A stretch of DNA of 64,000 nucleotides from Macrostomum lignano (taxonomy: Eukaryota): assembly GCA_002269645.1 (NCBI GenBank), contig NIVC01000080.1:124001-188000 (forward strand). Reading direction: 5' to 3'. The position numbers and the translations under genes are program-made. Positions 52,295-64,000 of the stretch are shown here, in pieces. The stretch's first letter is position 1; each line of letters begins with the position of its first letter. The notes below the pieces were generated by a model, which made no database searches, had not been told where the DNA came from, and was given only the letters and a program-made list of their open reading frames with translations.

Positions 52295-54093
52295 TCAGTG
52301 GTCATTGCTGCTATGCTCAGCGCTATTGCCAGTACCAGTCGTAGGCGGCGGCGACTCGCCGCAGCCGTCTGTTGGTCGGCGAAGACCGCCAACGCCACGC
52401 TGCTGCCATAAGTGACTGCCGCTGCCCGGGCCGCCATTGGCAGCAGCGGTGAAGTCCAGAGCGGAATAAAACACGGGCGACATGAGCGTCACATCGGATG
52501 ATCCGTTTGCGCCGCCAGCTCCAAAGTCGTCGAATGCGCCATCGAAGCCGTCGTTAAGTTCGTCTTCGAGTTCTTCGTCGTCATCATCATCTTCATCAAT
52601 GAGAGTCGCATCAGGATGCTGCTGCTGCCTACAGTGCATTCGTTGCAATCGAGACGAGGACTGCGCAGCGGCCGGATTCTGCAGCAGGTGGCGCGACAAT
52701 TGCGCAACGGAAGCGAATGCGGCGCCGAGATTCTGCTCAGCCCAGAGTAGAACTAAGGCTCTAGCGTCGGAGTCGGCCGCTGAATCTGAGTCGCGTTTCT
52801 GAATGAGCAGCACAATGGATTTTTATAGAATGGACCGGACTTAGTGTTGCACTAATAAGTGCTGATATTTCTTGGATCAAAGCTGAGACATAATGATAAT
52901 CAGCAACTCTAGCATACATGCGCAACCTTGGGAATCACCCGGCCGTTTCTATTGGCAACACATACACTTGTAAGTCGCTATTGGCTAAGAGCAGTCACGT
53001 GACTACTATTCCGTCCAATAGCGACTTACATGTGCGTGTTGCCAATAGAAACGGCCGAGTGAATCCCAAGGTTACGCCCAAGAATGAACTCTAGTAACAA
53101 CTACGAGTAACTCTTGAAGTCCCTTGCCAAGGCAGTGTCCCTTAGCATTGAGATGGAGATTATTGCCAAACTACAGTGGAGTGCTGTCCAGAAGACGCCA
53201 AGGGGCCAGTTTAGAAGACGCCAAACACCCATATTGTAAATGAGGGATCATACTCGTACTCAGCAACATTGAAAAGTCGCCACTCTATGCGCCAGCGAGC
53301 AATTTCTCTTAAACTATTCTGAAACAAAAGATACGAGAAAACTGATCGGGATAGCATTAATCCGTCCAACCCTCGCACACCGCTCCCCCACTTTATTTCT
53401 TAACTCAAGTCTGCGAGTGACGCAACTCGGCTATGCCGCGGCAAAGATTAAGAAACTTAACCTGCACTCTCAAAAGTGGCGACCACAGACGGAATCCTCT
53501 GTGATGTCAACTTTTCGATGTTGCTGAGTGTTTGTTCCTTCAGAACATCTCGCCTGCAGTGCAAAAATATTATAGCCAGAGGGACTCTTGCCTGCCATCC
53601 CCTGGCAAAAAAGTTTTTCCATGGATCTTGATACAAAGTTTATGAAGTTGCTCTATATCTATGCAAATATGCAGCAAGTTTCAAAGCAACAGCATTCAGA
53701 ATATTTAAGATAAAGTACTAAAGCAATAATCTAAGCGACACCAACTGTCAAGAACTTTGTATCTCCGTCAGCATTGACTACAATTGAGGACATTTGGATC
53801 ATCTTTACAGAACGAAAAACCTAGTTGAAAGCGGCATACAGCGATATAACTATTACCTCTACTCGAGAGCGATTCAGCCATTGAAAACCACGCTGACGGG
53901 CCGACAGAGCAACAGTAGGCGGTTCATCTTTTCCAGCTGGTAGCATTGTATAGAGCAGCAAGCGCTCAGCATCTGTTAGCGATTCAATTCGACGCAACAA
54001 AGTCTGAACTTTATTCTGAGAACTTGGACCCAGAGCTGTTTTTAGATCCTCAGCCAGAGACTGGGCCTGGTCTAAATTGTTGCCTTTTACAGA
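52295..54093 (-). CDS. Partial RFX5/RFX7-like gene (N-terminal dimerisation-type motif and post-DBD motif present; DNA-binding core not found)
   Basis: Exon 54093-53857 (phase 0/0) encodes SQNKVQTLLRRIESLTDAERLLLYTMLPAG...RQRGFQWLNRSRVE, like RFX7 [30 protein letters not shown]...AFSWIR. Exon 52798-52295 (phase 0, stop) encodes ARALVLLWAEQNLGAAFASVAQLSRHLLQ, like RFX5 [29 protein letters not shown], followed by an acidic low-complexity tail. The reference motifs are recalled from memory. The start exon was not located. Confidence 0.7.
52926..53071. mobile_element. Palindromic MITE of about 145 bp, copy 2
   Basis: Self-complementary, homologous to 46525-46665, with a central GTCACGTGAC. Confidence 0.85.
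53257..53529 (+). mobile_element. About 270-bp TIR MITE, copy 2
   Basis: Ends TACTCAGCAACATTGAAAAGT / ACTTTTCGATGTTGCTGAGT; homologous to 43796-44060. Confidence 0.8.
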
Positions 54094-54854
54094 CTGAAAA
54101 GTAGTTGTGTTCTGTATTGTAATCTATGCATTTATCAATGGCAAATTACACAAGATTCTATTTTTTCCAATATACTAAAAATGGTCTGTCGGTATGTGTG
54201 TGTGTGTATGTGTGTGTGTGTGATCGATTTTAGCAAAAACGGCTCAACCGATTTTCTTCGAACTTGCACTGTTCGATCAGAAATTTTCCCGTGACAGTAC
54301 ATGCATCGTGGCTAAGAAATTGCTTGATGCTAAAGGGATTAAATATCGAAAAACATGCTTTTTGCAAAGGTCAAGCAGCTCTTTCGACTTGAAATGCATC
54401 GTAAGAATGCTAGCAGAAAAACTGACTGGTTGAATTCTGATTCTGAAATAGATTGCATCACAATACACTTTATTTATCGTCTGTGTACTGGCTGAATTTG
54501 ACACTCAATTGAATTGCGTCACAGCTTTGAGTGTGAAAGCATAGCGCAGTACTGAATTTATATTACGTAACCATATTGTAAACTTTCATAGACACTGGTA
54601 CTGACTTGCCTAAGAAATTGATTATGTCATAACTGCTTCGTGAGACTTTTTACTCTACCTGACTTGGTGTGAGTGTTGAATTATATAAGTGGTACAACAT
54701 CACTGATAACTTCGATGAGAGCTAGCCTAGAGCTGAACAGACCAGACTGCTAATGCAGCGACCTAGGTTCGAATCTAAGTAGTTTAAAAGTAGTAGTGTA
54801 AAATTTTTTATTAAAAGGTTTTATTAAAGGACTAAATAAAAACACTTAGATTAC

Positions 54855-57470
54855 TGCACTCGATAAGCCAAGGATTATTGCTATTAATAAACCAAGGACT
54901 ACTGCACTCGATAAACCAAGGACTATTGCTCTTGGCAAACCAAAGATTACTGCACTTGATTAATCAAGGATTATTGCTATTAATAAACCAAGGATTACGG
55001 CACTTGGAAAACCAAGGATTACTGCACTCGATAAACCAAGGACTATTGCTCTTGGCAAACCAAGGATTACTGCACTCAAGAAGCCAAGAATTATTGCACT
55101 TGGAAAACCAAGGATTAATGCACTCGATAAACCAAGGACTATTGCTCTTGGCAAATCAAGGATTACTGCACTCAAGAAGCCAAGGATTATTGCTATTAAT
55201 AAACCAAGGATTACTGCACTTGGAAAACCAAGGATTACTGCACTCGATAAACCAAGGACTATTGCTCTTGGCAAACCAAGGATTACTGCACTCAAGAAGC
55301 CAAGGATTATTGCACTTGGAAAACCAAGGATTACTGCACTCGATAAACCAAGGACTATTGCACTTGATAGGCCAAAGATTACTGCGCTTGATAAACCAAG
55401 GATTATTGCACTTGATAAACCAAGGATTATTGCACTTGATAAGCCAAGGATTACTGCGCTTGATAAACCAAGGATTATTGCACTTGATAAACAAAGGATT
55501 ATTGCACTTGATAAACAAAGGATTATTGCACTTGATAAACAAAGTATTATTGCATTTGATAAACAAAGGATTATTGCACTTGATAAACAAAGGATTATTG
55601 CACTTGATAAACCAAGGATTATTGCACTTGATAAGCCAAGGATTATTGCACTTGATAAGCCATGGATTATTGCACTTGATAGTAAAGAATGTTGCACTTG
55701 ATAAGCCAAGGATTAATGCACTGGATTATTCAAGGATTATTGATATTAATAAACCAAGGACTACTGCACTTGATAAACAAAGGATTATTGCACTTGATAA
55801 ACAAAGGATTATTGCACTTGATAAACAAAGGATTATTGCACTTGATAAACCAAGGATTATTGCACTTGATAAGCCAAGGATTATTGCACTTGATAAGCCA
55901 TGGATTATTGCACTTGATAGTAAAGAATGTTGCACTTGATAAGCCAAGGATTAATGCACTGGATTATTCAAGGATTATTGATATTAATAAACCAAGGACT
56001 ACTGCACTCGATAAACCAAGGATTATTGCTCTTAATAAACCAAGGATTACTGCACTTGGAAAACTAAGGATTACTGCACTCGATAAACCAAAGACTATTG
56101 CACTTGATAAACCAAGGATTATTGCACTTGATAGGCCAAGGATTACTGCACTTGATAAACCAAGGATTATTGCACTTGATAGGCCAAAGATTACTGCGCT
56201 TGATAAACCAAGGATTATTGCAGTTGATAAGCCAAGGATTATTGCATCTGATAAACCAAAGATTATTGCACTTGATAAACCAAGGATTATTGCACTTGAT
56301 AAACCAAGGATTATTGCACTTGATAGGCCAAAGATTACTGCGCTTGATAAACCAAGGATTATTGCACTTGATAAACCAAGGATTATTGCAGTTGATAAGC
56401 CAAGGATTATTGCATCTGATAAACCAAGGATTATTGCAGTTGATAAGCCAAGGATTATTGCATTTGATAAAACAAGGATTATTGCACTTGATAAACCAAG
56501 GATTATTGCACTTGATAAACCAAGGATTATTGCACTTGATAAACCAAGGATTATTGCTCTTGGCAAACCAAGGATTACTGCACTCGATAAGCCAAGGATT
56601 ATTGCTCTTAATAAACCAAGGATTACTGCACTTGGAAAACTAAGGATTACTGCACTCGATAAACTAAGGATTATTGCTCTTGGCAAACCAAGGATTATTG
56701 CACTTGATAGGCCAAGGATTACTGCACTTGATAAACCAAGGATTATTGCACTTGATAAACCAAGGATTATTGCACTTGATAAGCCAAGGATTATTGAACT
56801 TGATAGGCCAAGGATTACTGCGCTTGATAAACCAAGGACTATTGCACTTGATAAACCAAGGATTATTGCAGTTGATAAGCCAAGGATTATTGCACTTGAT
56901 AAACCAAGGATTATTGCACTTGATAAACCAAGGATTATTGCACTTGATAAACCAAGGATTATTGCACTTGATAGGCCAAGGATTACTGCACTTGATAAAC
57001 CAAGGATTATTGCACTTGATAGGCCAAAGATTACTGCGCTTGATAAACCAAGGATTATTGCAGTTGATAAGCCAAGGATTATTGCACTTGATAAACCAAG
57101 GATTATTTCACTTGATAAACCAAGGATTATTGCACTTGATAAACAAATATTGCACTTGATAAACCAAGGATTATTGCACCTGATAAGCCAAGGATTACTG
57201 CGCTAGATAAACCAAGGATTATTGCATTTGATAAACCAAGGATTATTGCACTTAATAAACCAAGGATTATTGCACTTGATAAACCAAGGATTATTGCACT
57301 TGATAAACAAAGGATTATTGCACTTGATAAACCAAGGATTATTGCACTTGATAAGCCAAAGATTACTGCACTTGATAAACCAAGGATTATTGCACTTGAT
57401 AAACCAAGGATTATTGCACTTGATTAATCAAGGATTATTGCTATTAATAAACCAAGGATTATTGCACTAG
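54855..57470. repeat. 24-bp minisatellite (GATAAACCAAGGATTATTGCACTT)n, about 108 copies, with a 238-bp internal block duplication
   Basis: 24-bp period. The irregular junction GATAGTAAAGAATGTTGCACTT...TTCAAGGATTATTGATATT occurs at both 55678 and 55916. It explains the ORFs at 54878-57470. Confidence 0.98.
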
Positions 57471-57659
57471 CTGAGAAGCTGATTACTGCGCTGTCTAAAA
57501 AAGAGATTATTGCGCTCGCTGAGACGTGGATTGTTGCACAACCTGAGAAAGTGATTATTGCATTAGCGGAAGTAACATTTGCACTAGCTACTTGCTGTCT
57601 CGTGGATGCTTGCTCTCGAGGGGGATACTTGCTATTTGAGAGAGGGGGTACTGGCTACA

Positions 57660-58025
57660 TGCATGGGATTCTTTCTATCCAGGGATGCTTGCTATTCAGG
57701 GATTCTTGCTATCTGCAGGATGCTTGCTATTTAGGGATTCTTGCTATCTGCAGGATGCTTGCTATCTGGGTGGATGCTTCTATAATATCTGGGGGGTGCT
57801 TGCTATCTGCAGGATGCTTCTATAATATCTGGGGGGTGCTTGCTATCTGCAGGATGCTTCTATAATATCTGGGGGTGCTTGATATCTGCAGAATGCTTGC
57901 TATCTGAGTGGATGCTTGCTATCTGGGTGGATGCTTCTATAATATCTGGGGGGTGCTTGCTAATCTGCAGATGCTTGCTATCTGTGGTGATTCTTGCTAT
58001 GAGCATTAGAGGATGCTTGCTATCT
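57660..58025. repeat. Degenerate short-period repeat (GGATGCTTGCTATCTGCA-like)
   Basis: Recurrent TGCTTGCTATCTG core, plus three TGCTTCTATAATATCTGGGGG variants. Confidence 0.85.
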
Positions 58026-58393
58026 GCGATTGTTCACTTTTGGAGGGGGTTGCTTGCTGTCTTGGGAATATTTTCTATTTAGTGAAACGATATTTTGTTG
58101 ACTGTTTGTTAATTTTAGAGAAAAAGTGATTTTTTAATTTTGCAAACATCTTAGTCCGTGACAATTTTACACGAATAAGGTGATTTTTAAAATGTGAAGA
58201 AGGAATTAGTGTTTAAGAAAATGTGTTTTTTTATTGTTTTCCATGAACTATTTTTGCTCCTTTCTTATTGGGCGCCCCGAAGGGGGGCCGCACTAGATTG
58301 CTAGTTCTGAATTGTAATTCTATGCATTGTCAATGGTAAGTTGGTAACTACAAGTAGTTATACAAGTAGTCTAACTAGAGCTGTGGTTTAAAA

Positions 58394-59632
58394 GCAACAT
58401 ACATTTGGGTAATTGTAAATCAAAGGTGAAATATATAGGCTACCATAGCTCAAACTTGCAACTTGACAGTTGACATGTTTTCCTACTGCTAGCTTCGGTT
58501 TGTGATCATTTCAATGGGCAACATACATTTGGCTATTTGACCATTTTTTATTGGTGTCTAAAGTTAGTAGTTGTCTTTCTATTTCTAAGTTGCTTGCCAT
58601 ACTTTTCAATATATGAAATTGAATAGGCCTAAATACTGAAATAAGTTACAATAAGAAGGTCCATTTTTTTGCTTACATAGAACAGCAAGTCAGCAACTTG
58701 GCAAGAACAACTGCTGAAATTTGTGACCATAGATAATTTAGGTTGAGGTTGTATTGCATTATAGAAGCTAGGGGCCTAGGCTTCATATTCTGCCTAATAG
58801 ATTCTTTTAAATATTCAACTAAGAGCCCAAACTTTATATAGCTGCTTGACCCATGTATATGACTATGAGCATGTATATAATTTTTCATTCATTTATATAT
58901 TGCAGTTTAGAAGTTACTATGGGGGTTTAATGACCTTTGGAACACTGGATTATTAAAATCATTCCCTTTGACTTAAGCTTTTATTGTAGTAGCTTGACCT
59001 ATAAATATTTGGCAATCCTTTGGTTTACAATCACCGTCTATTTTGCCAGTTTTGGTTTATGATCACCTTCTATTTTTCCAGGTTTGGTTTACAATAACCT
59101 TATATTTTGCTTACTGCAGTGCAAAAATGGCATGTTCAAAACTAAGACTTAAAAACTGATAGTAGTTTCAAATGAAAAGAAAGCAAAAGTTGGTTGATAT
59201 ACTAACTTTGTTTATTTGAAATTGAAAAGATAGTACATCGGTTTACTAGTAGCTTATATATATATCACCTTCAGTTTACAATCATCCAAAGCTGGCTATA
59301 GGAAAGCATGTCAACCCTAGCTTAGTATAATTAATCTTCAGTGCCACATCTCCCCTCACTTTTAGTTTATGATCACTTCCACACATGCACTCCATTGAAA
59401 TGATTGTGAAGTGAAACTGGCTGTAGGAAAGCATGTCAACCCTTAGTATATTTTCTTATGGCTAGCTTTGGTTCATAATCATTTTAATGGGCAACATACA
59501 TTTGGGTAATTGTAAACCAAAGGTGAAATATATAGGCTACCATAGCTCAAACTTGCAACTTGACAGTTGACATGTTTTCCTATTGCTAGCTTCAGTTTGT
59601 GATCATTTCAATGGGCAACATACATTTGGCTA
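58394..59632. repeat. 142-bp direct duplication (58394-58535 and 59491-59632)
   Basis: GCAACATACATTTGGGTAATTGTAAA...CTTGACAGTTGACATGTTTTCC...GGGCAACATACATTTGGCTA is nearly identical in both copies. Confidence 0.85.
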
Positions 59633-60268
59633 ATTGTAAACTGAAGGTGAAATATAAAGTGCTACAACAATCTTACTATCTTTTGAAATAAACAAAGTCA
59701 GTTTGCCAACATTTGATTTTGTTTCATTAGAAACTATGGATTTTATGTCTTACAACTGTTTTTTGTGGTGATGGTCACTGTTTAAGGGTGATTGTCACTG
59801 TTTAGGGTGATCATAAACCAAAGGAATGCCAAATATTTATCTATTATACTAAATAAAGCAAGGGTGTAAGACCAAGATGGCCACACACCAAGATGGCCAC
59901 AGCTGGGGTGGGGGTCACGGAAAATGACAGCTGGTTTTCTATTGGATAGCTTCGGGTGGGGAGATGTGGGGTTGCAATGGGGGGTTTAGACAGGCAGTCA
60001 AAATTTTATTAGTATATTGCAGGGCTATTGACAAAAATGGTTACGAGTCTTAATTTCCTACTTATAGTAGGCCCCTAAGAGGTGTAAACATATAGCGTTT
60101 TAAACAAATCTCTTCTTCATATAAAATGAGGTGTAGCTTTTTTCCATTTCTCTTATTGGTCGAGACTAATTTACTTGTTTAAAGGGATAAAAACTGGGTA
60201 AATTTCATGCCCTGTTCAAAATTCATCTGTCTCATTCACTGACAGCAGTCTAAGCACTTAGATACAAA

Positions 60269-61319
60269 ATGGCAGGTGCATATCCATGTGTGGTCTGTCT
60301 GCAGCCAGTTTGCGATGGACAAGAAGCAATTGAGTGTTCTCAATGCTTGAATTGGCAGCACCGTGCATGTGATAGTCGCGTCACAATCGATCAGTATTCT
60401 GCAATGAGAAATGTTGGTGAGTTTTTCTGGCTTTGCAATCAATGCAATAGACGGGCTCCTGCAGGTAACTTAGCAGTGTCTCAAGCTGCAGATGCTGCAG
60501 TGGTACATGTACAAGCCCCGAATTCTGGACCAGGGGCTGTGTCCTCTGCCTGCTGAAAATCCAGAACCAGTGCATTTGATTCCGGCGCAAGCAGAAAATT
60601 TTCTTTACCAGTATCCAGATTTCAATGACCCTGATCCAGCTCTGGAAGAATCCATTCAAATTCCTCCAGCAGAGCTTGCACCGCCCTGCAGCCCACCTCC
60701 CCAGCCCTTTGAGATTCTTACAGGTGCAGGATGCAGTCACGGAAAAGACCTTCTAGTGCAGTATGCCCAACGAGACCTTGGCCATCTGATGAATGAAAAA
60801 ACGTGGCGAAATGGCAACACGTACTATCGCTGCACTAAGCGTTTATCACTGCACTGTCATGGCTCCGCAGTCCGCCGTGCTGATGGAACCATAGAAGCCC
60901 TTGCTCTGCACACATGCGATCCAGTTGATCGGCCAGCTCAGAAGAGAAAGGCAGCAAAGGAGGTAAAGGAGGGAGCAAAGCGCATGTTGTTTACCTCTGC
61001 TAGAATTATCGCGGAGGAGAAGGTAAGAGAATTTTCACCTGAAGTGCAGGAGGTGCTTAGTATTGAGTCATTGAGTCGCAATGCTAATTACAGTCGCAAA
61101 AAAGATTGCCCTATGGAACCTGTTGATGTACATTGTCAAGTTGATCCTAGACATGTACCTGCCCAGTTTCATTTGCAGGATGTGACAGTTCCTGAGACAA
61201 ACGGGCGACACTTCGTCTTCATGACAACAACTCAGCGAGAACTATTATCAACCCAACGAATCTTGAAGTGCGACGGAACTTTTAGCATTGTCAAGGCTAA
61301 TCAGATCATAATAAGTTAA
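60269..61319 (+). mobile_element. Truncated Mutator/MULE (Phantom-like) transposase with an N-terminal PHD finger and FLYWCH-type finger
   Basis: ORF 60269: CVVCLQPVCDGQEAIECSQCLNWQHRACD...WLCNQC (C4HC3 PHD). ORF 60492: TYYRCTKRLSLHCHGSAV...LHTCDP (FLYWCH/WRKY-like), then FVFMTTTQRELL...KCDGTF (first catalytic Asp of MULE DDE), with a stop at 61319. The two ORFs are joined by either an intron (60465-60564) or a frameshift. Confidence 0.8.
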
Positions 61320-62559
61320 AAAAGCCAAAAAAAATCCGCACTTACTTATTTATACTGCACTCATTGCTATAATTTGCTTGAACTTTGTCATCTATCCATG
61401 CCACCCATACCTTATTGCCATTTCAGATCATAAAGAGTTAAAAAAGCCAAAAAATGCGCACCTTCTTAGTTGCTGCAACCAATATAGCCCTGGAGCATAT
61501 TTAAGAATCACCGTGCACATTTCTTGCCAGATATTACACTTTGTTTTATGCTCAAATTTGGGATGGGGGTTCATTGCGTCGCACTTACAGAGCAAGCAGC
61601 CTTTACTTGGGCTAGTCACTGCATGTATGTGTGACTCAGTGCACTTCTGCCTCCATAATTCATCATCATCCTATCATCCCCATCATTATGCATGACATTA
61701 TATGAGCTACGTATACAAGCTATTAAAATGCAGATATGAGATACCTTTTGCACCCACATTCGCAGAACAGGCCTGATGAAAGATTTCATGAAAAAAACAA
61801 TTTATTCATTGCTACAAGCTACAAGCTGTTGTCAATCCGTTGGTATCTAGAAATAATATGAAATATCGTGAATGGGTGGCAACTGATGCAGTTTTTTATT
61901 TTTGATTTCTACTTCTATTGAGTTCACATACGACCCGTATTCTGTTGTTTAAGTTGAATACAAAAGGTAGGCGGGGTTGCTGTCAATTCAAGCTTGAATG
62001 AGCAAAGAGTTAATTTATGGTCAAACAGTCCTCACAGTGCTCCCCTAGTGGTGGTGATGCCTCACGGATCGTTACACTCAAGCCAACCCTAGAGCAACTT
62101 TTTTTTCAATCTTGGCCTATACTGATACGATACGATTGGAAGTCATAAATACAGTCTAAATAACTGACTGGCTTGCGTGGAGATAAAAATCTATCTATAT
62201 AAAACAGCTCACCTCAAATCAGCCATGTCGTTATTTTTCGTTGCAATCTTTTTTAGTTTCAACATTTTTAACCAACTGCTATGGTTGGTAACCATGATAA
62301 CAATATGGCTCGTAAATAAATAACTCAATATAGTGACTTTGCATGCAGCACTTAGCATGAAGCCTCAGATTTATTTATGTAAATATCATTTGTACTCTTT
62401 ATGCACTGCGGCAAATTTGCACAGATATGAGATGCATGTATTTTTCAGCAAGTACATACCCAAGAAATGCAAGGCTTCAACCAAAGTCTAACAATTCTGA
62501 AATCTCGTCAAAATAAGCCGAACCTCTAAATACATGTACAGATACAAGTCTGATACAAA

Positions 62560-62955
62560 CAGAAGAGAGAAGAGATCAGATAGGAGAGATAAAAGAGGAG
62601 AAAGGAGAGATGAGAGAGCAGAGACGAGAAATGAGACAGTAGAGCTAGAACAGAGGAGAGAGGAGAGGGAAGAGATTATAGAGACGAGTGGAGAAAGAAG
62701 AGAAATATGTGAGAGCAGACATGAGAGACAATGGGAGAGAAGTGGAGTGAAGGAGAAAGGAGAATAAAGGGGGAGAATCGAGAGGACAGGAAGAGAGGGG
62801 AGGTGAAAGAGTAAAGGGGAGAAAGTTGAGAGAAGAGTTGGGAAAAAAGAGGAGAGATGTTAAAGGAGAGTACAGATAAGAGATGAGAGAGAGGAGATAA
62901 GACAAGAAATAAATAATAGGAGAGAGGGTCAAGATGATAGAGGAGAGAGAATAGA
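62560..62955. repeat. GA-rich low-complexity tract
   Basis: Purine-skewed with no fixed period. It explains ORFs 62534..62767, 62645..63001 and 62676..62966. Confidence 0.85.
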
Positions 62956-63141
62956 GAATTTTGCACTGACCTACGAGGTGCAAAAAAACACGAGAAATCA
63001 AACTGAAATGTGCTAATTCTAACAGTCCTAGACTTCCATTGTTCCTACAAAATTTTAAACAGCGGGGCAGGACCTCCTGCGGGGCAGACCCATAGAAATT
63101 TTTCCGGTTTCCAAGATAAATATTGACTTATAGGGAATAAA

Positions 63142-63300
63142 CAGTGTTGGGCAAGTTACTCAAAAAAAGTAACTTGCGTTACTGTAACTTAAGTTACCAA
63201 TTTTTAAAAAGTAACTTACGTTAGCCTAGTAACTTTAGACAAAAACCCCGGTAACTTTTAAGTTACTGTCCGTTACTCACTTCCGTTACCCATGTTATTA
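63142..63300 (+). mobile_element. One end of a DNA-transposon-like element (CAGTGTTGGG start with repeated AGTAAC/GTTACT motifs)
   Basis: CAGTGTTGGGCAAGTTACTCAAAAAAAGTAACTTGCGTTACTGTAACTTAAGTTACC is an end layout common in non-autonomous animal transposons. The partner end was not seen in the window. Confidence 0.4.
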
Positions 63301-64000
63301 ACAAAATTTTCTGCTTTTTTCACATTGCACATTTTTTTCACACTGTTTTTACCGAAATTTGCCATTGGGCATTGGGATTAACCGATTAACAGACAGAGAC
63401 AGCAATTGGCGACACGATGTGAGGCAAGTAGAAGGACCGATGGGCAATGGCAATCAATAATTAAAATTATAAATGATAAAATAAACGAATATCAATAATT
63501 CAATAAAGTAAAATAAATAACTGTATAAAATGGTGTAGTGTACTGCAGTGCCAGCGGAGGGACTTGTGGAGGCTACAGATGAATTTCTTTCTTTGGTTGT
63601 TTGTTTGAATCAAACTTGAAAATTTTTAGTAACTTGAAAATGGAAACGTATGAAACATTCGCCGACACCCACTCAGACACTTCTACAGACACTTCAGTTT
63701 CTGTCATACGAATCGTAGGAACAAGCATTAAATTTGTTTATTCCTTACAAACTACCAGTAAACTGCTTTATTTTAAGCTTTTTTTGCTTTATTTTATTAA
63801 ATCTGAATCATGAAATTTGTTATTCTGCATAGATTCTCTTCACGTGAAGAAGAATGTTAAATTTGTCCAGGACACTTCCTAATTCATATTTAATAAAATA
63901 AAGCAAAAAAAGCCCAAAATAAAGCAGTTTACTGGTAGTTTGTAAGGAATAAACAAATTTAATGCTTGTTCCTACGATTCGTACGACAGAAACTAAAGTG

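Larger units (their letters stand above)
54157..58304 (+). mobile_element. Probable non-autonomous Helitron-like element enclosing two minisatellites
   Basis: The 5' part has ...AATATACTAAAA + (GT)n + AAAACGGCTCAACCGATTTT, the layout of Lep1/DINE-type Helitron derivatives. The 3' part has a GC hairpin GGGCGCCCCGAAGGGGGGCCGC about 10 bp before CTAG|T at 58301-58305. Joining the two ends into one element is inference. Confidence 0.45.

Noticed and set aside
54878-57470. 353-aa and 505-aa LRR-looking ORFs (LHLINQGL / IIALDKPR repeats)
   Set aside because: They are translations of the 24-bp minisatellite, open in several frames and on both strands, and the 8-aa period does not match LRR spacing.

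Overview
This is eukaryotic, intron-rich and extremely repeat-rich animal DNA. GC-rich exons with poly-Q/A/P tracts and many unrelated intronic minisatellites resemble a free-living flatworm such as Macrostomum, but that is inference only. No operons, rRNA or CRISPR are present. Four spliced genes were assembled by hand from GT-AG sites and phase matching. (1) A minus-strand PRDM14-type zinc-finger gene (2759-18355) has five near-invariant PRDM14 fingers but no PR/SET domain that I can find. (2) A complete plus-strand PACSIN/syndapin gene (29478-41969) encodes F-BAR, two NPF motifs and SH3. (3) A partial minus-strand gene has a degenerate NDK-like domain lacking the catalytic His (45485-49805). 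(4) A partial minus-strand RFX5/RFX7-like gene (52295-54093) keeps the motifs on both sides of the DNA-binding domain, but the winged-helix core itself appears missing. A broken PHD+FLYWCH+MULE transposase lies at 60269-61319. The rest is about 16 tandem arrays, a CORE-like tRNA SINE, hAT, mariner and CACTA-like MITEs with TIRs (clear TSDs in several), a decayed Penelope-like element with a possible hammerhead relic, and a probable Helitron carrying minisatellites. Almost all long ORFs in the supplied track are repeat artefacts.
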